Shown here: piece after piece, positions 50,852-60,996 of the stretch
How the letters are laid out: each line of letters starts with the position of its first letter
Position numbering within the stretch: position 1 is the stretch's first letter
From: Zhengella sp.
GTDB lineage: Bacteria; Pseudomonadota; Alphaproteobacteria; Rhizobiales; Rhizobiaceae
Direction: 5' to 3'
DNA: 64,000 bases
NCBI RefSeq assembly: GCF_041397485.1
Contig: NZ_JAWKWO010000004.1
Location: 3,042 to 67,041 of the forward strand
Notes under the pieces: generated by a model
What the model was told of the DNA's origin: nothing
Databases searched by the model: none
Seen by the model: only the letters and a program-made list of their open reading frames with translations
Translations under genes and position numbers: made by a program

Positions 50852-51736
50852 ATGACCCGCATTCGCGCCAACCTGCTGCTGCTGACCTCCGGCGCCATCT
50901 GGGGCATGGGTTTCGTGGCCCAGTCCACGGCCATGGATGCCATCGGTCCATGGGGCTTCATCGGCCTGCGCTTTGCCGTTGCCACGCTGGCCATGCTGCC
51001 GCTGGCGCTGCGCGAGGCGCGCCGCGCCGACCGCCCGCTGTCGCGGGCCGACTGGCGCGCCTTCACGCTGACCGGCCTCTTCTTCTTTGCCGGCATGGGC
51101 GCGCAGCAGGTGGGCCTGCTGACGACATCGGTGACCAATGCAGGCTTCCTGACTGGGCTCTACGTCGTCTTCACGCCCTTCCTCGCCATCGCCCTGTTCC
51201 GGCAATGGCCGCACCCGGTGATCTGGCCCGCCGCGGCCCTGGCCATGTCCGGCATCTGGTATCTTTCCGGCGGCCGGCTGGAAAGCCTCACGCCCGGCGA
51301 CTGGCTGGTCGTGCTTTGCGCGCTTTTCTGGGCGATGCAGGTCACGCTGACTGGCCGTTATGTGCTTTCCTCCGGACGTCCGGTCGCCCTCGCCGTCTGG
51401 CAATTCGCTCTCAGCGCCGTGCTCGGCCTGTCCCTCGCCCTGGCCTTGGAGCCCTGGAACCTGGCGGCGATCCGCCTCGCCGCGCCAGAAATCCTCTATG
51501 CCGGCGTCTTCGCGGGCGGCATCGCGTTTACCATACAGGCCGTGGCGCAACGCCACACCACTGCCCCGCAGGCGGCCATTTTCCTGTCTTCCGAGGCGGT
51601 CTTCGCTGCCCTGTTCGGCGCGCTGTTTCTTGGCGAACGCCTTGGCCTGCAAGGCTATGCGGGTTGTGCGCTGATGCTGACGGCCATGCTGGCGGTGGAA
51701 ATCGTGCCGGCGCTCAAGCGCCGCCGTCCCGCCTGA
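50852..51736 (+). CDS. DMT-superfamily (EamA) transporter
   Basis: Ten hydrophobic spans are visible. N-terminus is LLLLTSGAIWGMGFVAQ. Two EamA-like halves are present. Confidence 0.8.
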   Translation: MTRIRANLLLLTSGAIWGMGFVAQSTAMDAIGPWGFIGLRFAVATLAMLPLALREARRADRPLSRADWRAFTLTGLFFFAGMGAQQVGLLTTSVTNAGFLTGLYVVFTPFLAIALFRQWPHPVIWPAAALAMSGIWYLSGGRLESLTPGDWLVVLCALFWAMQVTLTGRYVLSSGRPVALAVWQFALSAVLGLSLALALEPWNLAAIRLAAPEILYAGVFAGGIAFTIQAVAQRHTTAPQAAIFLSSEAVFAALFGALFLGERLGLQGYAGCALMLTAMLAVEIVPALKRRRPA

Positions 51737-51837
51737 CCTGCCACGCAATGACCTTGAGCGTTAACGCCCGCCGCAAGCCTTCCTTTACCCCGTCATATTA
51801 GCGTCTTCGCCGATACCACAGCGGCGGAGCAAGGACG

Positions 51838-52584
51838 ATGGCCAACGACAAGCGGCGCAATGGCAGGCGCCACGCACTGCGCGGGTTTGCCCTGGCCACG
51901 ATGGCACTGGCGCTGACCGCCTGTTTCGGCGATGACGACGTCCTCCGGCCCATGGTCGGCGTCGACCGGCAGGCCCGCACGGCCTCGCTTTACGGCGGCA
52001 TGATGAGCCCCGACATGTTCGCGGAGCCGGAGACGATGCCCGCTTCGGAAGAGGCCTGCCGCAGGCGCCTGCGCCGCATGGACGTGACCTTCCGTGACCT
52101 GCCGCGCATCAGCGAGGGCGGCGGTTGCGGCATAGCCTGGCCGGTCGAGGTTACCGGCCTGCCGCATGGTGTGAAGCTGAAACCGGCCGCCACCGTGACC
52201 TGCGCCATGGCCGAGGCCGTGGCGAAATGGACCGACGAGGAACTCGTGCCGGCGGCACGCTTGCGTTACCTGTCCGGCGTCGACACCATCCGCCAGGGTT
52301 CGTCCTATTCGTGCCGGCGCATTCGCGGCTCGGGCACCTTGTCGGCCCATGGCACGGGCAATGCGCTCGATATCATGGACATCACGCTCAACAGCGGCCG
52401 CAATGTCGACGTGCGCAGGCCTGGCTTCTTCTCTTTCCGCGAAAAAAGCCTGCTCGCCTCTGTCCGCGAGGATGCCTGCCCCTATTTTTCCACCGTGCTC
52501 GGCCCGGGTTATGATCGCGACCACCGCGACCACTTCCATTTCGACCTGATGCAACGGTCGTCGAAGCGCCGGGTGTGCAAGTAG
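51838..52584 (+). CDS. Extensin-like C-terminal domain family protein
   Basis: Contains CGIAWPVEVTG...TVTCAMAEAVAKW...SSYSCRRI...SAHGTGNALDI...DHRDHFHFDL. Confidence 0.7.
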   Translation: MANDKRRNGRRHALRGFALATMALALTACFGDDDVLRPMVGVDRQARTASLYGGMMSPDMFAEPETMPASEEACRRRLRRMDVTFRDLPRISEGGGCGIAWPVEVTGLPHGVKLKPAATVTCAMAEAVAKWTDEELVPAARLRYLSGVDTIRQGSSYSCRRIRGSGTLSAHGTGNALDIMDITLNSGRNVDVRRPGFFSFREKSLLASVREDACPYFSTVLGPGYDRDHRDHFHFDLMQRSSKRRVCK

Positions 52585-52623
52585 CGCCGCCGGACGGCCT
52601 GGCGGCAACGCGAAGGGCGGGAA

Positions 52624-52992
52624 ATGGCGATGATCGAGGTCTGGTATGACGGGCAATGCCCGGTCTGCCGCATGGAAGTGGCCTGGTATGGCCGCATGGA
52701 CCGGGCCGGCGCGATTGCCTGGCACGACATCACCGCCCTGCCGGACCGCTGCCTTCCGCAGGGAAAGACGCGCGACGACCTGCTCAACCGCTTCCATGTC
52801 CGCGACTGCGAGGGCCGATGGCATGTCGGCGTCGATGCCTTTGCGCGGATCTGGCGAGAATTGCCGCTCCTGCGCCACACCGCCTTCCTGTTCCGCATAC
52901 CGGGGCTGCGCCAGATGGCTGGCGCCGGCTACCGGCTGTTTCTCGCCTGGCAACGGGGCCACCGCCGCCGCCGCGCGGCCCGTCCGGGCTGA
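52624..52992 (+). CDS. DCC1-like thiol-disulfide oxidoreductase (DUF393)
   Basis: Contains VWYDGQCPVCRMEVAWY, the CxxC motif at the N-terminus. Confidence 0.75.
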   Translation: MAMIEVWYDGQCPVCRMEVAWYGRMDRAGAIAWHDITALPDRCLPQGKTRDDLLNRFHVRDCEGRWHVGVDAFARIWRELPLLRHTAFLFRIPGLRQMAGAGYRLFLAWQRGHRRRRAARPG

Positions 52993-53007
52993 CAGGTTCG
53001 CCCCTTC

Positions 53008-53430
53008 CTAGCCCTCCGGCGGCACCGGCATCGGCCGTCCCTCGGCATCCAGCGCCACCATGATGAAATCGGCATGGGTAACGCGTTCCATGATGTCGGT
53101 GAGATAGCGCTGCGCCCAGGCTTCCACCGCCAGAACCATGGAGGTGCGCCCCACCTTCACGATGTCGATGTAGATGGCCAGGGTATCGCCCACCTTCATC
53201 GGCTTGGCGAATGACATTTCCTTGACGGCGGCGGTGACCACACGTCCGCGCGCGCGCTCGGCAGCACGGATACCGCAGGCAAGATCCATCTGCGCCATCA
53301 CCCAGCCGCCGAAAATGTCCCCGGCCGCATTGGCATCGGCCGGCATGGCCAGCGTGCGCAGCGTCAGTTCGCCCTTTGGCGCGGCTGTGGTCGTCATGTG
53401 CTCCATCCCCGTTGACTGCTCGACAGTCAA
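53008..53430 (-). CDS. Hotdog-fold acyl-CoA thioesterase (YciA-like)
   Basis: Contains LRTLAMPADANAAGDIFGGWVMAQMD...FAKPMKVGD. The start is ambiguous among three ATGs (53430, 53406, 53397). Confidence 0.75.
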   Translation of the reverse strand: MTVEQSTGMEHMTTTAAPKGELTLRTLAMPADANAAGDIFGGWVMAQMDLACGIRAAERARGRVVTAAVKEMSFAKPMKVGDTLAIYIDIVKVGRTSMVLAVEAWAQRYLTDIMERVTHADFIMVALDAEGRPMPVPPEG

Positions 53431-53617
53431 ACTGGGTAGGCAACACGGGCAACAAGGTCAACTGCGTTCGCTGGCCGGCCGGGCGGATACAGGCAGGCGA
53501 CAGGCGGCGCACCCGAAAGTGCGCCGCCCGGCTCCGGCAGCGCGGCTTCGCCACATCCCCTCATGGGCGGGCGCGCCGGAGCCCCTCCACGCCGGGCGTG
53601 CCGGCGTCTGGGCCGGC

Positions 53618-54013
53618 CTATTCGGCCAGCGATTTCAGATAGGCGACGATCATCTCCTGCTCGGCCTTGTCCTCCACGCCGACATGGCGCATGCGCGTGC
53701 CCGGCAGCATGCCGTCATTGTCTTCCATCCAGGCTTTCAGTGACGCTTCCGTCCACATGATGCCGGAATTCTTCAATGCATCGGAATAGGCGAAGCCGTC
53801 GACGCTGCCGGCCTTGCGGCCCACCACGCCGGCCAGCGGCGGACCGTAGGTCTTGCCGCCCTTCGCTGCCGGATTGTGGCAGATCTGGCAGCGCTGGCCG
53901 AAGAAGAGCTTGCCGGCGGCAACCATGGCATCCTCGGCGAAAGCCGGCTGGGAAGCAGCCAGGCCGGACACGGCAGCCAAAGCGGCCACCAGGTGACGTT
54001 TCATCAGTTTCAT
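53618..54013 (-). CDS. Class I c-type cytochrome
   Basis: GGGAGGGGA RBS and a signal peptide are present. The CQICH heme site is present, with a distal Met in GTRMRH. Confidence 0.85.
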   Translation of the reverse strand: MKLMKRHLVAALAAVSGLAASQPAFAEDAMVAAGKLFFGQRCQICHNPAAKGGKTYGPPLAGVVGRKAGSVDGFAYSDALKNSGIMWTEASLKAWMEDNDGMLPGTRMRHVGVEDKAEQEMIVAYLKSLAE

Positions 54014-54175
54014 CGGTTTCCCCTCCCTTTCGGGATCGTGAATCGGACCCCCGCAATCGGGGCCGGCCCCTGTTCCAGGGCCGGCGGCATGCTGCGCCCT
54101 CACCGCCGGTGCGGGATTGATCCCGGTCAATTCGGCGGGTGTACTTTGGTGCAAATGCACGCGGGCGGAAGCCGT

Positions 54176-54928
54176 TCAATCCTGACCGAGCGGCAGCACC
54201 TGTCCGGTGACAGCACCCCCGTCGACCACGAATTCGCTGCCGGTCGAATAGGTCGCCTCGCACATCAGGAAGCGGACCAGCCGTGCCACCTCGTCCGGTT
54301 CGCCGAAGCGCGGAATCGGCTGCGCGGCCGCCACCTCGTCGCCCATGCCATCGGTCATCGGCGTGCGGATCGGCCCCGGATGCACCGAAACGACGCGGAT
54401 GCCGTCCGGCGCCAGATCAAGTGCCGCCGCCTTGGTCAACCCGCGCACGCCCCACTTGCTGGAGACATAGGCCGCAAGACCGCCATAACCCTGCAGGCCG
54501 GCCGTCGACGATGTGTTGACGATCACCCCGCCGCCGGCCCGCTTCAGCGCGGGCGCGCAGCTGTGGAGTCCCAGGAACACGCCGACCAGATTGACGTCGA
54601 TCACGTGCCGGTAGGTTTCAGGCGGGCAATCGGCGACACCGCCGACGGCCAGGATCCCGGCATTGTTGAACAATGCGTCGAGACCGCCGAACGCCTCTTC
54701 AGCCGACGCGACCGCCGCCTGCCAGTCCGCCTCGCTGGTGACATCGAGATGGCGATAGATGGCATTGCTGCCCAATTCGGCGGCCAGCGCCTCGCCTTCG
54801 TCGTCAATGACGTCGGCCAGCATCACTTTCGCGCCACCGCTGGCCATCAGGCGCGCCGTGGCGGCGCCGATGCCGCGCGCGGCGCCGGTCATCAGGATAC
54901 GCAGTTCGGAAGGGGTTCGAACGGTCAT
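54176..54928 (-). CDS. Short-chain dehydrogenase/reductase
   Basis: Contains TGAARGIGAATA, NNAG, and S...YVSSK (YxxxK). GGAGAA RBS is present. Confidence 0.85.
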   Translation of the reverse strand: MTVRTPSELRILMTGAARGIGAATARLMASGGAKVMLADVIDDEGEALAAELGSNAIYRHLDVTSEADWQAAVASAEEAFGGLDALFNNAGILAVGGVADCPPETYRHVIDVNLVGVFLGLHSCAPALKRAGGGVIVNTSSTAGLQGYGGLAAYVSSKWGVRGLTKAAALDLAPDGIRVVSVHPGPIRTPMTDGMGDEVAAAQPIPRFGEPDEVARLVRFLMCEATYSTGSEFVVDGGAVTGQVLPLGQD

Positions 54929-55246
54929 GTTGCTTCTCCGGTTTCGGCCATGCATGTCTGTTCTGCCCGCACAGGAAAACAGCCGCGACATGCCCTGTCA
55001 TTGACAGAAATCAGTCGGCCGGATCGGCAAGCCAGCCGGGCAGCCGCGCGGCATGCGCAGAAGGTTCCATCAATTGATGCAAGTAACTGAAATATTTTGA
55101 CAATATATGTATCGGGAGGCGGTGGCGAAGTGATTGCGCGGCCGTCAAACCGCCGCAATCGGCTGGCCGGATCAGCCCCGTTCGCGGCGGCTCCCCGCCC
55201 TGCGAACCGCACCAACCCCGCCCACGGGAGAAAAAGGAGTATTCCG

Positions 55247-55474
55247 ATGAAGAAACTCGTTCTGGCCCTCGGCCTGTCCACATTTGCCTTCGCGCCCGTT
55301 CACGCGCAGGACGCGGATTTCGCCACCACCGACGCCAATGGCGATGGCATGGTGACAATGGAAGAAGCCACGGCGGCCGGCTATACCTGGTCGCAGGAAG
55401 AGTTTTCGGCCGCCGACACGGATGGCTCCGGCGCGCTTTCCGAAGAGGAATTCACCGCCGCCACCGCAGGCTGA
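55247..55474 (+). CDS. Secreted two-EF-hand calcium-binding protein
   Basis: AAGGAG RBS and a signal peptide are present. The EF loops are DANGDGMVTMEE and DTDGSGALSEEE. Confidence 0.75.
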   Translation: MKKLVLALGLSTFAFAPVHAQDADFATTDANGDGMVTMEEATAAGYTWSQEEFSAADTDGSGALSEEEFTAATAG

Positions 55475-55483
55475 TCTTCCTCC

Positions 55484-55595
55484 GGCGTCGCACGTTGAGC
55501 CCGCCCCTGCGGGCGAAGCGCCAAGACCCGGAGCACCGGAAAACACGGCGTCGCACGTTGAGCCTGCCCTTGCGGGCGAAGCGCCAAGACCCGGA
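55484..55595. repeat. Two direct copies (49 nt, period 63 nt, 2 mismatches) of a hairpin-containing intergenic element
   Basis: GGCGTCGCACGTTGAGCC(C/T)GCCC(C/T)TGCGGGCGAAGCGCCAAGACCCGGA occurs at 55484-55532 and 55547-55595. The inner hairpin is GCCCGC-N4-GCGGGC. Confidence 0.9.
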
Positions 55596-55712
55596 AACAA
55601 CGGCACACCCGGAGACCGCGTCACCGAAACCCCAATACGCACGGCGCGGAATCCGGCTGCGAGCCCCGGCGGTCATCCACCGCCGGGGTTTCTCACATGC
55701 CTGGAACCGCGC

Positions 55713-56225
55713 TCACACGGCGGCGCGCCTGGGCAGCACCCAGCCCGGCCGCGGGAAGTGGCAGGTATAGCCGTTGGGATAGCGCTCCAGGTAATCCTGA
55801 TGCTCCGGTTCTGCCTCCCAGAAATCCCCGGCGGGTTCGACCTCGGTGACGACCCGGCCCGGCCAGAGGCCGGATGCCTCGACATCGGCGATGGTGTCCC
55901 GCGCGACCGCTTCCTGCTCCGGCGACAGGAAATAGATCGCGGAGCGGTAGGAGCGGCCGATATCGTTGCCCTGCCGGTTCGGCGTCGTGGGATCGTGGAT
56001 CTGGAAGAAGAACTCCAGCAGGTCGCGATAGCTGATGCGGGCCGGATCGAAGACGATCTCGATGCCTTCGGCATGGTCGCCGTGGTTGCGGTAGGTGGCA
56101 TGGGGCACATCGCCGCCGGTATAGCCGACACGCGTGGACAGCACGCCCGGAAGCTTGCGGATGAGATCCTGCATGCCCCAGAAACACCCGCCCGCGAGAA
56201 TGGCGGTCTCGGTCTTGTCAGTCAT
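55713..56225 (-). CDS. msrA: Peptide methionine-S-sulfoxide reductase
   Basis: AGGAGA RBS is present. Contains [17 protein letters not shown] and EIVFDP. 170 aa. Confidence 0.93.
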   Translation of the reverse strand: MTDKTETAILAGGCFWGMQDLIRKLPGVLSTRVGYTGGDVPHATYRNHGDHAEGIEIVFDPARISYRDLLEFFFQIHDPTTPNRQGNDIGRSYRSAIYFLSPEQEAVARDTIADVEASGLWPGRVVTEVEPAGDFWEAEPEHQDYLERYPNGYTCHFPRPGWVLPRRAAV

Positions 56226-56345
56226 GGATGGTTCTCCTGCGTTCCGTATGGAGAGAATTTGGGCCGGCGCCGCGCCTGCGGCAAGAGTGGACCTTGAAAC
56301 AACCCGCCTTCCGGCGTCAGATAGGCCGAACCGGGGGACGGAAAC

Positions 56346-57143
56346 ATGCACATTCGCAAGACCTGGAAGACCTATGACCATTACGCCTTCGGCGGTGTGG
56401 CCATCCTGGGAACGGTTTTTGCCATCATCCTGATCGAGGCGGTAATGATGACGCCGCGCTGGGCGGCATGGGAGGCGGAACTGGGCCAGGTCTCCGGTCC
56501 GTTCATGAATGTGCTGGGTGTCCTGTTCGGCCTGACCCTCGCCTTTCTGGCGAATGACACCTGGACGGCCCACGACCGCGCACGCGGCGCAGTGCTGCGC
56601 GAGGCCGATGCCATCCGCCGCCTTGACATTCTCGCGGAAACCACGCCGCCGGAGACACGGCCTGCCCTGCACGCGGCGATCCGGGCCTATGCGGCGGCGG
56701 CCGTGGACGAATGGCCAGCGCTTGCGCATTGCGAGACGTCCGGCGCGGCGGCGGCCGCCGCCGATGACCTGTTGCGCCACGTGGCGTTCGACCGGGCGGG
56801 GGGCGGCGCGGGTGGACCCGTGCGCCAGGCGATGATCAATGCCGTGACCGAAGTGCGCGAGAACCGGGACGTCAGGATCGGTCTGAGCCGAACCCATGTG
56901 AACCCGCTGAAATGGCTCGGCATGGCCTTTCTCGGCTTCCTGACCTTGCTCTCCATCGCCGCCATCCACGCGACCGACCCTGCCGCGGCCCTCGTGGCGA
57001 TGATCCTGTTCGGACTGGCCGCCGCGCCAACCGCCGCCATCGTGCTTGTCCATGGCAATCCGTTTCAGCAACCCTCCGCGGTCACCCCGGCACATTTGCA
57101 AGCGGCCCTGGCGGGGACAACAAGCCAGTCAGAAAACGGATGA
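56346..57143 (+). CDS. Membrane protein, DUF4239-like
   Basis: TM pairs lie at both ends around a helical Ala-rich core. The family name is tentative. Confidence 0.45.
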   Translation: MHIRKTWKTYDHYAFGGVAILGTVFAIILIEAVMMTPRWAAWEAELGQVSGPFMNVLGVLFGLTLAFLANDTWTAHDRARGAVLREADAIRRLDILAETTPPETRPALHAAIRAYAAAAVDEWPALAHCETSGAAAAAADDLLRHVAFDRAGGGAGGPVRQAMINAVTEVRENRDVRIGLSRTHVNPLKWLGMAFLGFLTLLSIAAIHATDPAAALVAMILFGLAAAPTAAIVLVHGNPFQQPSAVTPAHLQAALAGTTSQSENG

Positions 57144-57292
57144 CGTCCTGCTGGCCAGGAATTCCTGCCCACGGAAGAATGACGCTTTCATACGCGTCTG
57201 CCTTTGAGCGATCCCGCCCGAGCCGGACCTAGTCTGGGCAGATGCCCTCCCTCATGGCCGCAGCGCATGTTCCACGCTGAACGCGCGTTCCT

Positions 57293-58363
57293 TCAGGAAC
57301 CGCCAATGCCTGTGATGCCTGCCACGGAGGCATGGACGCCGTTGACGATGGTACCGGTATTCACAGCACCCAGCGCAGTGGTGCTGATGTTCGCGACGGT
57401 CCCGTTCAGGCCGGTCAGCGCATTGTTGACATCGCCTTGAACAGCGCCGGCATTGTGCGCCACATTCAACATCAACGTCCCGGTGTCGGCGTTGCCACCG
57501 ACCGCAACCAGGGCGCTTTCCACCGCTTGTGACGATGCCGTGCGGGCATCATCGACAGCCGATTCGATACCCAGCGTGATATCCCCTGTATTCACTGCAC
57601 CCAATGCTGTGGTTGCCATGTCGCCGAAATCGATGGCAGGCAAATGGTACGCGATACTGCCCGTAGCGCCAGCGGCTTTGTCCTCAGCCGCAACGGTCAT
57701 GCCACTGACGACGTTGGTGATACTGCCGTCAATCTTGGAGACGGAATGATCAATGAGCGACGTCGTCGTCACGTCCCTGAACACTTGGAGCAATGCCGTA
57801 CTCTCGGCATCAGCGGGACGAACCAGGTATGAATTTTTTCCATCACTGTAGACAAGTTCATCGCCGGACAGGATCGCCACCGGATCCAAAGACTGAACAA
57901 GATACTTAAAACCACCGACAAAGGCGGGATTAAAAACGAAGAACCCTTCGGTCGGATTTGGCACGTCTACAAGTTCCAGAACACCGCTGCGACTAACGAT
58001 TAAATCCTGAGAAAAACCAGTTCGAGAAGACGGTATGATCGTGCCCAAATCGCTTTTCTTTATGGGATACATATCCCCACCATTGCTGGATAATACATAC
58101 CCGAATATCGCGCCCGGATCCGCGCCTTCGAGTGCGATCGTCTCTTGTACGGTAATCGAGTCGTAAATGACCTCAGACATGTTCTCGGCGATGTTCGCAT
58201 AAACACCATTGACCGGCGCAACATTGCTGACACCATCCACCTGATCGAGAACACGCTCCAGCACGGTTTGCGCATGCGCGGGCAAAGCAAAAGCCAGCAT
58301 GCTGAAAAGGCCACCTGTTGCAATCACGCGACCAAAACCGCACACACCCATCGAACACCTCAA
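57293..58363 (-). CDS. Orphan secreted protein, AT-richer than its surroundings, with an internal TTALGAVNTG motif repeat
   Basis: Signal peptide ends GGLFSMLAFALPAHA-Q. I recognise no family. Start is at 58363 or 58351. Confidence 0.6.
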   Translation of the reverse strand: MRCSMGVCGFGRVIATGGLFSMLAFALPAHAQTVLERVLDQVDGVSNVAPVNGVYANIAENMSEVIYDSITVQETIALEGADPGAIFGYVLSSNGGDMYPIKKSDLGTIIPSSRTGFSQDLIVSRSGVLELVDVPNPTEGFFVFNPAFVGGFKYLVQSLDPVAILSGDELVYSDGKNSYLVRPADAESTALLQVFRDVTTTSLIDHSVSKIDGSITNVVSGMTVAAEDKAAGATGSIAYHLPAIDFGDMATTALGAVNTGDITLGIESAVDDARTASSQAVESALVAVGGNADTGTLMLNVAHNAGAVQGDVNNALTGLNGTVANISTTALGAVNTGTIVNGVHASVAGITGIGGS

Positions 58364-58513
58364 AATCTACCCCTAAAAACACATATCAAACCTGAAACGA
58401 CCGACCCCTAACGCAAGCGATCACGTGCTGTAAACACATCGACCCACAAGTCGTATTGTCGATCGCCAATACCATGCCCGCGACGAAATCTATGCGACAC
58501 CGAGGCTGAGAAC

Positions 58514-58582
58514 GCCGGTGCAAAAATCGCCCACGGAAGCGGCCGGATGATCCGGCTGTTGGCCGGAGTAAAACTCCGCCAG
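58514..58582. repeat. Left-end multiple terminal repeats of the IS21 element
   Basis: GCCGGTGCAAAAATCGCCCAC (58514-58534) and GCCGGAGTAAAACTCCGCCAG (58562-58582) are inverted copies of the right-end repeat. Confidence 0.75.
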
Positions 58583-58615
58583 TGGTAGCCTTCTCGCCTT
58601 TGGCAGAGGGCGGGG

Positions 58616-60115
58616 ATGAAGGGCGTGGAACTTTATGGACGTGTCAGGCGGGCGGTTTTCGTCGAGGGCATGAGCCGGCGCGAGGCGGCCCGTGTTTTCG
58701 GGATCGATCGCCGGACGGTGGAGAAGATGCTGCAGTTCTCGGTTCCGCCGGGGTATCGGCGCAGTAAGCCTGTTCGCCGTCCGAAGCTCGACCCGTTTGT
58801 CGAGATTATCGACCGGATCCTGGCGGAAGACAGCGACCGGTCGAAGAAGCAGCGCCACACCTCGAAGCGGATCTTCGAGCGTCTGCGTGACGAGCGCGGC
58901 TATGTTGGCGGCATCACGATCGTGAAGGACTATGTCCATGCCGCCCGACAGCGCCAGCGCGAGATGTTCGTGCCGCTGGCCCATCCGCCGGGCCACGCCC
59001 AGGTCGATTTCGGCGAAGTGCTTGGCGTGATCGGCGGCGTCGAGCGCAAGATTCATTTCCTGGCGATGGACCTGCCGCATTCCGACGGCTGTTTCGTGAA
59101 GGCCTACCCGGCAGAGACCAGCGAGGCCTTCTGTGACGGTCACGTCTCGGCCTTTGCATTCTTCGGCGGGGTGCCTGTTTCGATCCTTTATGACAACACC
59201 AGGATCGCGGTCGCCCGCATTCTTGGCGACGGCACCCGCAAGCGGACACGCATCTTCTCGGAACTGATCTCCCACTATCTGTTCGAGGATCGCTTCGGAC
59301 GTCCTGGCAAGGGCAACGACAAAGGCAAGGTCGAGGGGCTGGTCGGCTATTGCCGTCGCAACTTCATGGTGCCGCTGCCGCGGTTCGCCAGCTTCGACGA
59401 TCTCAATGCCTGGCTGGAAGCCCGGTGCCGCCGGCGCATGAGCGACAGGCTGCGCGGTCATGGCGAGACGATCGGGGAACGCCTCGAACGCGACCGCGCC
59501 CACTTCCAGCCTCTTCCGGCCGTTGCCTACGACGCCTGCGACATGCGCACCGCCCGGGTCAGTTCGCTGTCGCTGGTTCGCTATCGCGGCAACGACTATT
59601 CCGTCCCAACCACCTACGGCCATCGCGAGGTTCTCGTGCGCGGCTACGTCCACGAGGTGGTGATTGCCTGCGGCGCCGAGATCATCGCCCGCCATCGCCG
59701 TTCCTGGGAGACGGAGGACTTCATCTTCGACCCGCTGCACTACCTGGCGCTGATCGAGCAGAAGACCAATGCCCTCGACCAGGCGGCTCCGCTGGCCGGT
59801 TGGGACCTGCCGGAAGCCTTCACCACGCTGCGCCGGCTTCTGGAAGCGCGCCTGGGTAAAAAGGGCAAGCGCGAGTTCGTCCAGGTGCTGCGCCTGATGG
59901 AGACATTCTCCGTCGACGATGTCCATGCCGGGATCCGATGTGCGCTGGAACGCGGCACGATCGGGTTCGACGCGGTCAAGCATCTCGTCCTGTGCCGGAT
60001 CGAACGCCGGCCACCACGCCTCGACATGACGGTCTATCCCTATTTGCCGAAAGCCCGCGTCGAGGTGACGTCGGCGCGGAGCTACATGAGCCTTCTGGCC
60101 GGAGCCGGGTCATGA
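58616..60115 (+). CDS. istA: IS21-family transposase IstA
   Basis: The HTH is GMSRREAARVFGIDRRTVEKML. A DDE core is visible (HAQVDFGE..., YDN..., KGKVEG). 499 aa. Confidence 0.92.
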   Translation: MKGVELYGRVRRAVFVEGMSRREAARVFGIDRRTVEKMLQFSVPPGYRRSKPVRRPKLDPFVEIIDRILAEDSDRSKKQRHTSKRIFERLRDERGYVGGITIVKDYVHAARQRQREMFVPLAHPPGHAQVDFGEVLGVIGGVERKIHFLAMDLPHSDGCFVKAYPAETSEAFCDGHVSAFAFFGGVPVSILYDNTRIAVARILGDGTRKRTRIFSELISHYLFEDRFGRPGKGNDKGKVEGLVGYCRRNFMVPLPRFASFDDLNAWLEARCRRRMSDRLRGHGETIGERLERDRAHFQPLPAVAYDACDMRTARVSSLSLVRYRGNDYSVPTTYGHREVLVRGYVHEVVIACGAEIIARHRRSWETEDFIFDPLHYLALIEQKTNALDQAAPLAGWDLPEAFTTLRRLLEARLGKKGKREFVQVLRLMETFSVDDVHAGIRCALERGTIGFDAVKHLVLCRIERRPPRLDMTVYPYLPKARVEVTSARSYMSLLAGAGS

Positions 60116-60888
60116 ACGATACGCCGCAACTGCTGCTGTCCCATCACCTGAAGGCGCTGAAGCTGCCGACCTTCCTGCGCGAATACGACAAGCTCGCCCG
60201 GCAGTGCGCCGCCGAAGGCGTCGATCATTCGCGTTATCTCCTGCGGCTTGCCGAACTCGAGCTGATCGATCGCGAACGGCGCATGGTGGAGCGGCGGATC
60301 AAGGCGGCCCGCTTCCCCGCCGTCAAGAGCATCGATAGCTTCGACTTCAATGCCATCGCATCGCTGAACAAGATGCTGGTGATGGAACTGGCGCGCTGCG
60401 ACTACGTCACCCGCAACGAGAATGTCATCGCCGTCGGCAACAGCGGCACCGGCAAGACCCATATCGCTCTCGCCCTCGGTCTGGCCGCCTGCCAGAAGGG
60501 GCTGCCTGTCGGCTTCATCACCGCATCGGCCCTGGTGCACGAACTGCTCGAGGCGCGTGACGACAAGCGACTGCTGCGGCTGCAGAAGCAACTGGCCAAG
60601 GTTCGACTGCTGATCATCGACGAACTCGGCTACGTGCCGCTGTCGCCGACCGGAGCCGAACTGCTGTTCGAGGTCTTCTCACAGCGCTACGAACGCGGTT
60701 CGACCATCGTCACGTCGAACCTGCCCTTCGATGAATGGACCAGCGTCTTCGGCTCCGAGCGACTGACCGGCGCGCTCCTCGACCGGCTCACCCACCATGT
60801 CCATATCCTGGAAATGAACGGCGAAAGCTATCGCCTCGCACAATCCCGCAAGGCTGCCGAGCCAAACCGCGATTCCGCAACGGACTGA
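60112..60888 (+). CDS. istB: IS21-family ATP-binding helper IstB
   Basis: Walker A is GNSGTGKTH and Walker B is LLIIDELGY. TSNLPFDEW is also present. Confidence 0.93.
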   Translation: MNDTPQLLLSHHLKALKLPTFLREYDKLARQCAAEGVDHSRYLLRLAELELIDRERRMVERRIKAARFPAVKSIDSFDFNAIASLNKMLVMELARCDYVTRNENVIAVGNSGTGKTHIALALGLAACQKGLPVGFITASALVHELLEARDDKRLLRLQKQLAKVRLLIIDELGYVPLSPTGAELLFEVFSQRYERGSTIVTSNLPFDEWTSVFGSERLTGALLDRLTHHVHILEMNGESYRLAQSRKAAEPNRDSATD

Positions 60889-60907
60889 TCCCGACGAAAC
60901 GGCGCGC

Positions 60908-60947
60908 CGTCATGCGAAGGGGCCCGATCGGGCCCCTTCGCATGACG
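60908..60947. repeat. 40-bp perfect palindrome inside the IS, after istB
   Basis: CGTCATGCGAAGGGGCCCGA|TCGGGCCCCTTCGCATGACG is centred on GATC. Confidence 0.9.
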
Positions 60948-60951
60948 TCAT

Positions 60952-60996
60952 CTGGCGCATTTTTGCTCCGGCCAACTGGCGCATTTTTGCTCCGGC
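60952..60996. repeat. Right-end multiple terminal repeats of the IS21 element
   Basis: CTGGCGCATTTTTGCTCCGGC occurs twice, identical, at 60952-60972 and 60976-60996. Confidence 0.85.

Noticed and set aside
58490-59983. 497-codon minus-strand ORF inside the IS
   Set aside because: It is the antisense shadow of istA.
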